Of a stretch of 64,000 nt of DNA, positions 1-9,648 are shown piece by piece. Under the pieces are notes generated by a model. The model saw only the letters and a program-made list of their open reading frames with translations, had not been told where the DNA came from and did not search any database. Location: NCBI GenBank assembly GCA_965212055.1, contig OZ243041.1, forward strand, positions 128,001 through 192,000, written 5' to 3'. The translations under genes and the position numbers were made by a program. How positions within the stretch are numbered: the first letter of the stretch is position 1; each line of letters begins with the position of its first letter. The DNA is from Fidelibacterota bacterium. Lineage in GTDB: Bacteria > Fidelibacterota > Marinisomatia > Marinisomatales > Marinisomataceae.

Positions 1-3000
1 AATTCCCAACAATCTATTTCTCTATACAATGTAAGGTTATGCCTAATGATCGATTTATCAGTTATATTGAAACGTGCATTATAGTTTAATTTCCAATTTT
101 GCGTAACGTTGACAGATGTATTTGTATTAATCCAAAAATTTTCGATGGTATTTGAAGGATTAAATTTATTGATTGTATAACTAAGACCAATTCGCGAATT
201 CCAATTGTTTCCAGATAAGTCATTCAAGAATTTTTTAGTATCTTCACTAAATTCTTTTTCTTCTTTACTATCAGTCGGTTCTGATTTGCTTCTAATTGTG
301 AAATTTGTTGCAAGTCTTGCTGCAACCATTCTTGGAAAATTATCTAATTCATCAATTCTAACATTATTTTCACCATCAAATTTATATGGATCATGTGTAA
401 AGTTCATGTCAACAGAAACACCATCTTTTAGATTACTACGCATTGAAGTGTTAATCTTTGATATTTTAAATTCATCAGCATTGAAGTTATAACTGCTAGA
501 AATTCGCCAATTAAGAAAATTAATTTTTTCCTCTTTGTCTTCTTTTTTTATTTTTGCTTGGAAAACGTTATTTAGAGACAGACTAACTCTTTTAGTGGAA
601 CTTGTTGGAGTAGACCCTATTAGTGATCCTTGGAAGTAATCATAAATTTCTGTTCCAATTTCTTGGAAGTAGTCATTGTTATCTTCATAATCTGGAGAAT
701 AATTAAATCCAATGCTTGGCGTAATAACGTGTCTAACAGATTCTACATTTCTAAATTTGATTGGTAAAATACCATATATTTTTGTTGATAAAGAAAGTCC
801 AAAATTTCCAGTCGTTCTATTTTTAATTTTATCTTGATAGCTAAAGGTTACATCTTCATCTTCATTGAGCTCTGCTATTCTGTATCGATTGATAAAATCT
901 GAATTAATATTCAGATTTGGATTGATTGCAATATATTTAAAAATTGTAAATGGAGCATTAATAGCAAAATTATTTTTTAACATTCCATCTACTTTATGAG
1001 CTTTAGAAGCATTTCCATTACTGTCTTGTTTCCACGCATAGCCTATTGTTCCATCTTCATTGATAATTTCTTCTGCCTCATAGTAGCTTTTAGTATTGTT
1101 AATCAATCGAGAACTATAATTCCATTGTATATTATTTAACCATGACTCTTGAGGTGAATTTTGAAATAATTTTCTTCGAGCAACTCTCAAATTTAATGAA
1201 GGCAAAGTGCTCGTATTATCTGTAATTGTATTTTGAGTGCTATAAGGAGTTTGGTAAAAAGAAGAAGAAGGATTGACCTTATTAGATGCCATTAAATCTT
1301 GTTTGTTAGATGCGTTTGCACTGATTGAAATATTTTGTTTTGCCCATCTTTTTGTGTAAGTAATATTTGAAATTGCTTGTTGATTTAATCGTTTAATTGG
1401 ATCAATACTTGTTTCTCGATTGTATTCTCCATTGCTGTAATAACTAGCATTCGCTCTGAAAGTTTGATTATTCCTTAGTATTTGGTTGTGTTGCCAATTA
1501 AAAACATAGTCAGTTTGGTTATTTTCACTAATTTTTGAAATATTTTCTTCTTCAGAACCCAAATACTTTCTTGTTTCAAGTTTTAACTTTCCACTAAACT
1601 TATATCGCTTCTTATATTCATTATTTGCTTTGAGTATAATCCCTTGGCGATCCGCAAAACTCAACAAAAATTCTGAACCAAAATAATCATTTGGAGCAAA
1701 ATAATATCCTAATCCATCCAAATATGTTCCACGATTTTCAGATGATCCAAATGATGGCATAATCCAACCTGATCTTCTTTCTCCAGATGCATGAGGGAAG
1801 ATTGCCAAAGGGATACCAATGATAGGAACTCCTCCGATATAAACATTTAATGGTTTTGCAATTACTTTTTCTCCATAAATGATCTTTACCTGTTTGCTCC
1901 CCAGATAAAATTTTGATGGGTCACAAGATGTAAAAATACAATCATCAATATAAAAAGTACTATCAGTGACACTTGTAATTTGTTTCCCCATATATTTATT
2001 TTCTTGAACTTGGCTTTCTCCTCTTAATATTTTTCCCCTTTTTGATTGAAGATTATAAACCATTTCATCGCCTATCATTGGTTCACGGTTTCCTTCAATT
2101 AAAAGAGGCCTATTTTTTTCTTCGCTATCTAATGGATTAGTCGTAAATGCTTCTAAAATATTGGTTTCCCAATTGACATTTACATATGATGCCGAAAGAT
2201 CAATATCTTCGTGTAATATTTTTGAAAAACCATATAATTGTGATATTTGTTTATCAACCTCAAATTCGATTACTTCTGCAGAATAATTAATGGGTGAGGT
2301 AATGCTAGAATTAAATTTATTTGGGGTATATCGCCCAATGGTACCGCCTTTTGCTGTTAATCGTGTTGCTGATTCATTGTCAATACTAATTGCTATTGAA
2401 TCACCAGACACTTCATTGCTTCCTTGATATAAAGAATCATCATACAGATGAATAAAGGTTGATGCCATGCCCTCTAAGTATACTTTATCAATTTCATTTT
2501 CTTTGATATCACCCAATATATATTTTGCTTTTAATAAATTCTGATTTTCTAATTTGACTAAATCTTCTTTTTCCCCTTCCATTTTTTTCTCATATCCAGT
2601 ATTGGTTGAAAAAATTTCTCCTCCAGATAGAATTTCAAAATTATTTAACTCGTCATTCTCAAATTTTAAGATTATTTCGTCGCCGTAGATTTGATGTTTA
2701 TTATTTTCATTAATTTGGCAATTTTCAATAAGAGTAATTTGTTCTGTCTTTTCATTAAGTAGCGCTTTGTTTGATTGCATACTTCTTTGCTTGTCATCAA
2801 TTCTTACATTTCCATACATTGAAAACAACTGACTATCTTGATTATATGTCAAAGAATCACAGTAAATGGTTTGGGATTCTTTTTTTATTACAACGTTATT
2901 GTTTAATTTTACTAATGGAGATTTTGCATATTGAGTAGCAAAATCACTTTTTAAAACCGTATCATTCTTTTTAAAGATAATATTCCCAGACAATTGTGTT

Positions 3001-3116
3001 ATAGTTTCATTATTAATAACAGATGACTCTAATAGGTCAGCTTGTTGAAGAATTAACTTGTCTTGCGTGAAGCTTATCGATAGAAGAAATGCGAGAACAA
3101 AAGATTTTTTAATCAT
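1..3116 (-). CDS. lptD: LPS-assembly outer-membrane protein LptD-like with extended N-terminal OstA/LptA-type beta-jellyroll; 3' end lies beyond the window
   Basis: Not in the ORF track (no stop in window). Manual translation from ATG 3116: MIKKSFVLAFLLSISFTQDKLILQQAD...IYCDSLTY...SGDSI...FTSCD...SGWIMPSFG...GLGYYFA...NWKLNYNARF...REIDCWE. Frame checked at 2408, 1925 and 8. Confidence 0.8.
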   Translation of the reverse strand, partial: MIKKSFVLAFLLSISFTQDKLILQQADLLESSVINNETITQLSGNIIFKKNDTVLKSDFATQYAKSPLVKLNNNVVIKKESQTIYCDSLTYNQDSQLFSMYGNVRIDDKQRSMQSNKALLNEKTEQITLIENCQINENNKHQIYGDEIILKFENDELNNFEILSGGEIFSTNTGYEKKMEGEKEDLVKLENQNLLKAKYILGDIKENEIDKVYLEGMASTFIHLYDDSLYQGSNEVSGDSIAISIDNESATRLTAKGGTIGRYTPNKFNSSITSPINYSAEVIEFEVDKQISQLYGFSKILHEDIDLSASYVNVNWETNILEAFTTNPLDSEEKNRPLLIEGNREPMIGDEMVYNLQSKRGKILRGESQVQENKYMGKQITSVTDSTFYIDDCIFTSCDPSKFYLGSKQVKIIYGEKVIAKPLNVYIGGVPIIGIPLAIFPHASGERRSGWIMPSFGSSENRGTYLDGLGYYFAPNDYFGSEFLLSFADRQGIILKANNEYKKRYKFSGKLKLETRKYLGSEEENISKISENNQTDYVFNWQHNQILRNNQTFRANASYYSNGEYNRETSIDPIKRLNQQAISNITYTKRWAKQNISISANASNKQDLMASNKVNPSSSFYQTPYSTQNTITDNTSTLPSLNLRVARRKLFQNSPQESWLNNIQWNYSSRLINNTKSYYEAEEIINEDGTIGYAWKQDSNGNASKAHKVDGMLKNNFAINAPFTIFKYIAINPNLNINSDFINRYRIAELNEDEDVTFSYQDKIKNRTTGNFGLSLSTKIYGILPIKFRNVESVRHVITPSIGFNYSPDYEDNNDYFQEIGTEIYDYFQGSLIGSTPTSSTKRVSLSLNNVFQAKIKKEDKEEKINFLNWRISSSYNFNADEFKISKINTSMRSNLKDGVSVDMNFTHDPYKFDGENNVRIDELDNFPRMVAARLATNFTIRSKSEPTDSKEEKEFSEDTKKFLNDLSGNNWNSRIGLSYTINKFNPSNTIENFWINTNTSVNVTQNWKLNYNARFNITDKSIIRHNLTLYREIDCWE

Positions 3117-3189
3117 ATCATATTTAACAAATGTTATTGATTTTTGTTTCATCTTTGTAAAGTAGAAATGTAATGTATAAATTGCTTTA

Positions 3190-3495
3190 ATGTTAGAAAA
3201 TCTGTTCAATGATATTTTGTCCAACCCTGCCTATCTGGCAGTTGCGATTGCTCTAGCTGCAATGATTGCGTATAGTGTAATCAAACGTTTGTACAAATTA
3301 GTGGTCTTAGCAGTTGTGCTTTTTGTTATCTATTGTGCATATCTTACACTTACTGATCAACCATTGCCAGAGATAGATATTGATAAAATTCAAGAAGAAT
3401 TAGGAGAAGTAACAGATCAGGCTAAAGAATTGAAAGAAAAAGCAAGCGACACACTTGATAAAGCAAATGATACGCTTGATAAATTAAAAAACTAA
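3190..3495 (+). CDS. Small membrane protein with two TM helices and a charged coiled-coil tail
   Basis: Two hydrophobic segments then a D/E/K-rich helix; TAAATT 6 nt upstream of ATG. Confidence 0.7.
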   Translation: MLENLFNDILSNPAYLAVAIALAAMIAYSVIKRLYKLVVLAVVLFVIYCAYLTLTDQPLPEIDIDKIQEELGEVTDQAKELKEKASDTLDKANDTLDKLKN

Positions 3496-3506
3496 AGAGG
3501 GTTATT

Positions 3507-4355
3507 ATGTTTGAAAAAAATCTTTTAAATGGACAAACAATTGTGATTACCGGAGGAGGAACTGGTTTAGGAAAGAGTATGTCCAGACGTTTTGGGGAAT
3601 TAGGTGCCAATATTGTAATTAGCGGTAGAAGAAAAGAAAAACTTGAAGAAACCGCTGATGAATTTTCAAAACTTGGTATTAATGTTTTGACTTGTCCTGG
3701 TGATGTAAGAAAATTAGAAGATGTAGAATTGATGACATCTCAAGCGATTGATAAATTTGGGAAAATTGATGGATTATTAAATAACGCAGCCGGGAATTTT
3801 ATTTCTCCTACTGAAATGTTAAGCCCTAATGCATTTAAAGTGGTGATTGATATTGTTTTGATGGGGACTTGGAATTGTACTAGTACGATTGGTAAAGAAA
3901 TGATTAAAAACAAAAAAGGAAATGTGCTTAGCATTGTTACAACCTATGCGTGGACAGGATCTCCGTATGTTGTTCCTTCTGCAGCAGCAAAAGCTGGTGT
4001 GTTAGCAATGACACGATCTTTAGCTGTAGAATGGGGGAAATATAATATTCGATTTAACGCTATTGCACCTGGCCCATTTCCAACAAAAGGAGCATGGTCA
4101 CGTTTAATGCCACCAGGTTTTGAAGATTTTGAAGATGGAATGAAGAATAAAATTCCTATGAAACGATTTGGTGAAAGACATGAACTAGAAAATTTAGCTT
4201 CTTATCTAATGAGTGATGGATCTGCTTACATTAATGGTGAAGTAGTGACTATTGATGGAGGCGAATGGCTTGCCGGCGCTGCTGAATTTAGTGAGATGGA
4301 CAAAATTCCGGATTCTTTGTGGAAAGCAATGGCTGCAAGACGTAAGAAAAAATAA
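3507..4355 (+). CDS. SDR oxidoreductase, 2,4-dienoyl-CoA reductase-like
   Basis: TGGGTGLG, NNAAGNF, SAAAK and NAIAPGP motifs; GAGGG SD-like site. Confidence 0.85.
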   Translation: MFEKNLLNGQTIVITGGGTGLGKSMSRRFGELGANIVISGRRKEKLEETADEFSKLGINVLTCPGDVRKLEDVELMTSQAIDKFGKIDGLLNNAAGNFISPTEMLSPNAFKVVIDIVLMGTWNCTSTIGKEMIKNKKGNVLSIVTTYAWTGSPYVVPSAAAKAGVLAMTRSLAVEWGKYNIRFNAIAPGPFPTKGAWSRLMPPGFEDFEDGMKNKIPMKRFGERHELENLASYLMSDGSAYINGEVVTIDGGEWLAGAAEFSEMDKIPDSLWKAMAARRKKK

Positions 4356-4359
4356 CACT

Positions 4360-5112
4360 ATGTTTAGCTTAGAAAACAAAACCGCTATTATTTCAGGCGG
4401 TTCCAAAGGTATCGGAAAAGCAATTGCATTCAAATATGCTGAAGCAGGAGCTAATGTAATAATCTGCAGTAGAAAAAAAGAAAATTTAGATACTGCTGTT
4501 CAAGAGGCAAAATCAAATGGATTCGATATTACATCCATAGAATGTAATACAGGAGATGTCGATTCAATACAAAATGTGGTTAATCAAACGGTAGATAAAT
4601 TTGGAACAGTAGATATTTTAGTGAACAATGCAGCTGCCAATCCTTATTATGGCCCAATCCTTAAAGCTGAAGATAGTCATTGGGATAAAATTTTTCAAAT
4701 CAATGTTAAAGGCTATTTTGAATTTGCTAAAGCATGTAGTGTTTCGATGATTGAAAATAAATCTGGGAAAATTATTAATGTTGCATCTATTGCTGCAAAA
4801 ACCCCTCTTGAAGGATTGGGGATTTATAATATTAGTAAAGCAGCAGTTGTGATGTTAACTAAGGTGCTTGCCAAAGAAATGGCATATGCAAACATACAGG
4901 TCAATACATTGGCCCCCGGTTTAATTAAAACTGATTTTAGTAGAGCATTATGGGAAGATGAAAATATATATTCACAAATTATTAAATCCATTCCACAAGG
5001 TAGAATGGGAGAACCTCAGGATATTTCTGGAATGGCACTATATCTTGCTTCTGACGCTTCTGATTTTATTACAGGATCGATGTTTACTATTGATGGTGGG
5101 ATTACTACTTAA
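4360..5112 (+). CDS. SDR oxidoreductase (DHRS4-like)
   Basis: SGGSKGIG, NNAAANPYYG, YNISK; start moved to ATG 4360 (MFSLENK) just after the upstream stop. Confidence 0.85.
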   Translation: MFSLENKTAIISGGSKGIGKAIAFKYAEAGANVIICSRKKENLDTAVQEAKSNGFDITSIECNTGDVDSIQNVVNQTVDKFGTVDILVNNAAANPYYGPILKAEDSHWDKIFQINVKGYFEFAKACSVSMIENKSGKIINVASIAAKTPLEGLGIYNISKAAVVMLTKVLAKEMAYANIQVNTLAPGLIKTDFSRALWEDENIYSQIIKSIPQGRMGEPQDISGMALYLASDASDFITGSMFTIDGGITT

Positions 5113-5756
5113 GTATTAATTACCCAATTATAAAAATCTTTGATATTACTAAAAGTATTTGCTCCAGTATTATTAAGTCGATTGATATCATTATGACCAT
5201 TGTGAACCAGCGCACAATCAACACCCATATACTGGGATACTCTAAAATCTAATAAACTATCACCAACAATCATTGTTTCAGACTTAGGGATATCAATCCC
5301 CATCAACAATTCTTCTCCTTCAACTTCTTTTCCATACCCAGATGGAGTATGTTTTAACCCAGCAATATTTTGTATATACTGATCTAAATTAAAAAATCCT
5401 ATCTGTTCCACTAATTTATCGTGAAGGGTAGCAGATAAAACACTTTGTGTAATATCACTCTTATTAAATTGAATAATTGTTTCTTTAGCAAAAGGTTGAA
5501 GTGCAAGAGTTTTAAATTGTTTTTCAAAACCATCATGAAATTCTATATTGGTATTTTCAAAAGGTTCTTTATCAAAATCAAAACCAATTGATTCATAGAA
5601 TGTTTTAATAGGGAAAAGAAATTTTTCTTTATAGGCTTGGATCGTAATTGCAGGAATATTACGCTTACTTAAAGATTGGTTAAGAATGGTCACGCATAAA
5701 GAAAGATCATTCAATAAAGTTCCGTTCCAATCCCATATTATGTGCTTATATTTCAT
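5109..5756 (-). CDS. HAD-family hydrolase (phosphoglycolate phosphatase-like)
   Basis: WDWNGTL motif I and VGDSLLD motif IV. Confidence 0.85.
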   Translation of the reverse strand: MKYKHIIWDWNGTLLNDLSLCVTILNQSLSKRNIPAITIQAYKEKFLFPIKTFYESIGFDFDKEPFENTNIEFHDGFEKQFKTLALQPFAKETIIQFNKSDITQSVLSATLHDKLVEQIGFFNLDQYIQNIAGLKHTPSGYGKEVEGEELLMGIDIPKSETMIVGDSLLDFRVSQYMGVDCALVHNGHNDINRLNNTGANTFSNIKDFYNWVINT

Positions 5757-6387
5757 GAATTTGAAAGTAAATAAAAAAACAGCATTAATAAAGAAAAGAC
5801 TAAATAAACCATTACCTGCATGGGATAGTCAGAAAAAAATGTCGGTTGTCAAAGTTAATAAGTTTGTTAGATTGGCTTTTAATCCACCACCAAATGCAAA
5901 ATTAGCTGCTGTTGCAATTATTTTGTTTCCAATTGATGATGACATAGGATTTTTTTTAACACAACGAACAAGTAATGTAGATCATCATAAAAGCCAAGTG
6001 TCATTACCTGGGGGAGCCCAAGATCAGGGAGAATCCCTTTCTGAAACATCACTTCGAGAGAGCAAAGAAGAGATTGGAATTAATAATAATTTAGAATTTA
6101 TTGGTAATTTAACTCCTCTTTATACCCCTGTTTCTGATTTCTTAATCCACCCCTATGTTTGGTATACTCCTTCAAAACCAAAAACTGTTCTTAACAAAGA
6201 TGAAGTAAGTGATATTTATACAATCTCTTGTAATGAATTAATGCATCAACAAACTTTAGGGACTATACCAAAGCAATTTAGAGGCATATCCTATGATGCA
6301 CCATGTTTCCAATTTATTCAATGTAATTGTTGGGGTGCTACAGCAATGATATTATCAGAATTTAAAGATTGTCTATTGGAGATTTAA
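5755..6387 (+). CDS. Nudix hydrolase, CoA pyrophosphatase type
   Basis: Nudix box GGAQDQGESLSETSLRESKEEIG, LTQR...QVSLPGG, C-terminal WGATAMIL; likely start ATG 5755. Confidence 0.85.
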   Translation: MNLKVNKKTALIKKRLNKPLPAWDSQKKMSVVKVNKFVRLAFNPPPNAKLAAVAIILFPIDDDIGFFLTQRTSNVDHHKSQVSLPGGAQDQGESLSETSLRESKEEIGINNNLEFIGNLTPLYTPVSDFLIHPYVWYTPSKPKTVLNKDEVSDIYTISCNELMHQQTLGTIPKQFRGISYDAPCFQFIQCNCWGATAMILSEFKDCLLEI

Positions 6388-7317
6388 TTCTGTATCACAG
6401 TTGGAACATTTAGCTTGTTTACTTGCTTGCACTTCTTCAAAACAAGTAGGACATTTTTCATTCATTGGTGATTGTTTGTCTGTTACAGCTCCACCTGGAG
6501 TTTGGGATGCTTTTGTCCATAAAAATGAAACCAAACCAAGTGTTAATAAATAACTAATAACTTCAATAGCACTTGGATTACCGTTCCATCCGAACAACCC
6601 TTTTGCAAATACTCCAATACCACCTTTTTCATGGAGTAAAGGATAGCTTCCATCTGGATTTAATGTAGGATTAACATCCCATATTGCACCATAGTAAGGA
6701 ATAACTCCTGCTTCTTCAAATTCATGTATTCCATAGGAAACAAGACCTGCAGCAACAAATATCAGCAGCACTGACGTAACATTAAAGAATGTTTTTAAAG
6801 GAACTTTTTTACCCTGTACAAAGATTGCATAACCGATTAGTATTGCTAATATGGCACCAATTAATGAAGTAGTTAACGATAATCCTCCATCTTTGATAAA
6901 AATTCCATAAAGAAATAACACTGTCTCGATTCCTTCTCTAAATACGGAAAGAAATGCAAGACTAAATAAACCAATGGCAACATTTTGATCACTTGCTAAT
7001 ACAGCTGATGCTTGGTTTTCTAAACTTTCTGATACATTCTTATTTCTTGCCATCCAAACAATCATTGTAGATAACAATACTGCAGCTAAGATCATTACAG
7101 TTCCTTCAAAAATTTCTTCTGCTTTACCACTAAATCCACCAAGAATTAGCTGGAAAACAACTGCAAATGCTACACTGGCAGCGACTGCACCAAAGACTCC
7201 ATTAATGATGCTTTGTCCTAAATGTTTTCTACCAGTTTTGCTAACAAATGTATAAAGTATACCCACTACCAAAGCAGCTTCAAGAACTTCTCTAAATACT
7301 ATGATTAATTCAGCCAT
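6373..7317 (-). CDS. FTR1/EfeU-family iron permease with C-terminal CxxC...CxxC extension
   Basis: Two RExxE motifs (REVLE, REGIE), multiple TM helices, tail CPTC...CSNC. Confidence 0.9.
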   Translation of the reverse strand: MAELIIVFREVLEAALVVGILYTFVSKTGRKHLGQSIINGVFGAVAASVAFAVVFQLILGGFSGKAEEIFEGTVMILAAVLLSTMIVWMARNKNVSESLENQASAVLASDQNVAIGLFSLAFLSVFREGIETVLFLYGIFIKDGGLSLTTSLIGAILAILIGYAIFVQGKKVPLKTFFNVTSVLLIFVAAGLVSYGIHEFEEAGVIPYYGAIWDVNPTLNPDGSYPLLHEKGGIGVFAKGLFGWNGNPSAIEVISYLLTLGLVSFLWTKASQTPGGAVTDKQSPMNEKCPTCFEEVQASKQAKCSNCDTELNLQ

Positions 7318-7328
7318 ATTGAATTATT

Positions 7329-7349
7329 TATTGAGATTTAATCTCAATA
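7329..7349. promoter_or_regulatory. Fur-box-like inverted repeat
   Basis: Perfect 10-1-10 dyad TATTGAGATT-T-AATCTCAATA, 11 nt upstream of the FTR1 start; core resembles TGAGAAT-N-ATTCTCA. Confidence 0.7.
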
Positions 7350-7413
7350 TTGAGGTGCTAATATAGATAAAAATTTTTTATACTTCAATAGTATTGGTAA
7401 TTTTGGTAATAAC

Positions 7414-8280
7414 ATGAAAAAAGAATCAAAAAATTTTGCATTTCATACAATTAAAGTTGATGATATAAAATCAATCCTAAAAAAAAGACCTGTGGATTCT
7501 CATAAACGAACTTTTGGACATGCACTGATGATGTCAGGTAGCAAAGGAATGATGGGAGCTTGCATTTTGTCATCAGAAGCAATTTTGCGTTCAGGCGCAG
7601 GATTGCTCACAATTTATATTCCGAAAGCTGGTGAATTAATTGTTCAAACCTCAATACCAGAAGCAATGGTGATTGTTGATTCTAATGAGAATCATATTCA
7701 AAGTTTTCCTGATCTTAGTAAATACTCTGCTATTGGAGTTGGTCCTGGTATAGGTACCGCTTCAAAAACAAAGAATGCTATTGCTGATTTCATCAACCAC
7801 GTTAGTATTCCTACTATCTTTGATGCCGATGCCCTAAATATTATTTCTCAAAATAAAGAATTATTACAACATATTCCGCATGAGTCAGTATTGACTCCGC
7901 ATGAAAGAGAATTTGAAAGACTTGTGGGTAGTTTTGATAATATCAATGATCGTACAGCACTACAAAAAAACTTAAGTATTCAATATCAAATTAATATTCT
8001 TGTGAAAGGCCCTCAAACCTGTATGACCAATTCCACAGGAGATATTTTTATCAATTCAACAGGAAATCCAGGTATGGCAACAGGGGGTAGTGGAGATGTA
8101 CTGACTGGTATTATCACTGGTCTAGTTGCTAGAGGCTTGTCTCCATTTAATGCAATGATTTCTGGTGCATATCTACATGGGCTATCAGGAGATATTGCAA
8201 GAGGATTTCTTGGCGAAGAATCTATGACTGCCCAAGATTTAGTTGATTATCTTGGACAATCATTTTTAAAAGTGATATAG
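7414..8280 (+). CDS. nnrD: ADP-dependent NAD(P)H-hydrate dehydratase (stand-alone, no epimerase domain)
   Basis: SHKRTFG, GAGL, GPGIG, FDADAL, LTPHEREF, GNPGMATGGSGDVLTG. Confidence 0.9.
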   Translation: MKKESKNFAFHTIKVDDIKSILKKRPVDSHKRTFGHALMMSGSKGMMGACILSSEAILRSGAGLLTIYIPKAGELIVQTSIPEAMVIVDSNENHIQSFPDLSKYSAIGVGPGIGTASKTKNAIADFINHVSIPTIFDADALNIISQNKELLQHIPHESVLTPHEREFERLVGSFDNINDRTALQKNLSIQYQINILVKGPQTCMTNSTGDIFINSTGNPGMATGGSGDVLTGIITGLVARGLSPFNAMISGAYLHGLSGDIARGFLGEESMTAQDLVDYLGQSFLKVI

Positions 8281-8724
8281 TTACTCGACTATCATATAAC
8301 CGCGCATCGTTGCACCATGTGCAATATATGTGCAGATGTATAAATATTTTCCTGGTTTCTTTGGTGCAACAAATTCAACAGAAGTTTCTTCTTGTTTGTC
8401 AGCTAAAGTTGTCATCGCTAGTATTGAATTGCTTGCAACTGGATTTCCATCATTCAGTTCAGCATATTCCAAAACGTCTGACGCTTGAGATTCATCAAGT
8501 AAAATAACTACATTATGAAGCATCTCTCCTTCATACTCTAAAGAAGCATTATTTTTCATAGTGAGTTTTACTTTAGAACCAGCTTTGACAGTGAATTCGG
8601 TGGTGTCATATTCCATTTTATCACCCAAAGAGCCAATGGTAATTATGGTCATCTCATTGCTTGTTGTTTCACCACCACAATTGATAACCATTGTTGCTAG
8701 TAGTATTATTAGTGTTTTTTTCAT
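8281..8724 (-). CDS. Azurin/auracyanin-like blue copper lipoprotein
   Basis: Lipoprotein signal ending INC-GG; Cu ligands in MLHNVV and C-x4-H-x3-M (CTYIAHGATM). Confidence 0.85.
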   Translation of the reverse strand: MKKTLIILLATMVINCGGETTSNEMTIITIGSLGDKMEYDTTEFTVKAGSKVKLTMKNNASLEYEGEMLHNVVILLDESQASDVLEYAELNDGNPVASNSILAMTTLADKQEETSVEFVAPKKPGKYLYICTYIAHGATMRGYMIVE

Positions 8725-8726
8725 TT

Positions 8727-9572
8727 TTATTTCCCCTTCATTAAGTTTGGTAATAACATATTTGAATTTTTAATGTATTCTTTATATTCCGGTCTAGATT
8801 TGATCATCATTTCATCCATCATTGGACCAGTAATCTTGTAAAAAATTAATCCCATAACTATTGGTCCACATGCACTAAGAACGATGCTAAGAGTATCCAT
8901 GCTTGAAACTGTAAAAGCAAACAAACCAATCCAACACATTAAATCTCCAAAATAATTTGGACGTCTTGAATACTTCCATAAACCAACATTACAAATTTTA
9001 CCTTTATTGTCAGGATTTTTTCTAAATGATTTTAATTGAAAATCACTTATTGTTTCCCATAATAGACCCAATGCGAATAATGATATACAAATTACTATTT
9101 CAATTGTAGTTAATGTTGCAGGATTGATTTGCCCAAAATACAAAGGCATTCCTATAAAATATGCAAGACATCCTTGCAAATAAAATACTCTAAAGAAACT
9201 AAACCACCACCAATGTTTTCCAGCTTCTTTTCGCCAGCCAATATATCTTACATCTTCACCATGACCAATATTTCTTATGCCAATATGTAATGCGATTCTT
9301 AGGGCCCACAAACTTACCAGTCCAAGAATCAATAATGATCGATCACTTGTTTCCCCTATGTAGTAATTTATTGATAATCCGAATACTATAAAACAGGGTC
9401 CCCAAAATATATCTACAATGCTTGCATCTTTTACCATTAGACTGATTAACCAAATCAGCCCCATAAAGCCAATAATGGATATAAAACTGCAGAAAAGATC
9501 TGGATAAAACCAATAATCCAATGCGATGAATGATGTAAAAATTAAATTAACTAATAGTGTTTTTTTAATCAT
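8727..9572 (-). CDS. DUF1295 / steroid 5-alpha-reductase-like membrane protein
   Basis: SIVDIFW, GEDVRY, SDFQL, GLWKYSRRPNYFGD. Confidence 0.85.
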   Translation of the reverse strand: MIKKTLLVNLIFTSFIALDYWFYPDLFCSFISIIGFMGLIWLISLMVKDASIVDIFWGPCFIVFGLSINYYIGETSDRSLLILGLVSLWALRIALHIGIRNIGHGEDVRYIGWRKEAGKHWWWFSFFRVFYLQGCLAYFIGMPLYFGQINPATLTTIEIVICISLFALGLLWETISDFQLKSFRKNPDNKGKICNVGLWKYSRRPNYFGDLMCWIGLFAFTVSSMDTLSIVLSACGPIVMGLIFYKITGPMMDEMMIKSRPEYKEYIKNSNMLLPNLMKGK

Positions 9573-9648
9573 ATAAATGATCTACAAAATTTTTTTTCAT
9601 AAAAATGGTAGTGAATATTAGTAAAACTATATGTATTTTGATAGTAGA

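Noticed and set aside
205..492. 95-aa plus-strand ORF
   Set aside because: Antisense shadow of the long LptD frame; no motifs
4252..4359. Upstream-extended starts in the ORF track (also 5686, 17278, 23513, 25394, 27959, 35245, 54916)
   Set aside because: Extensions overlap neighbouring genes or precede signal peptides; downstream starts fit better
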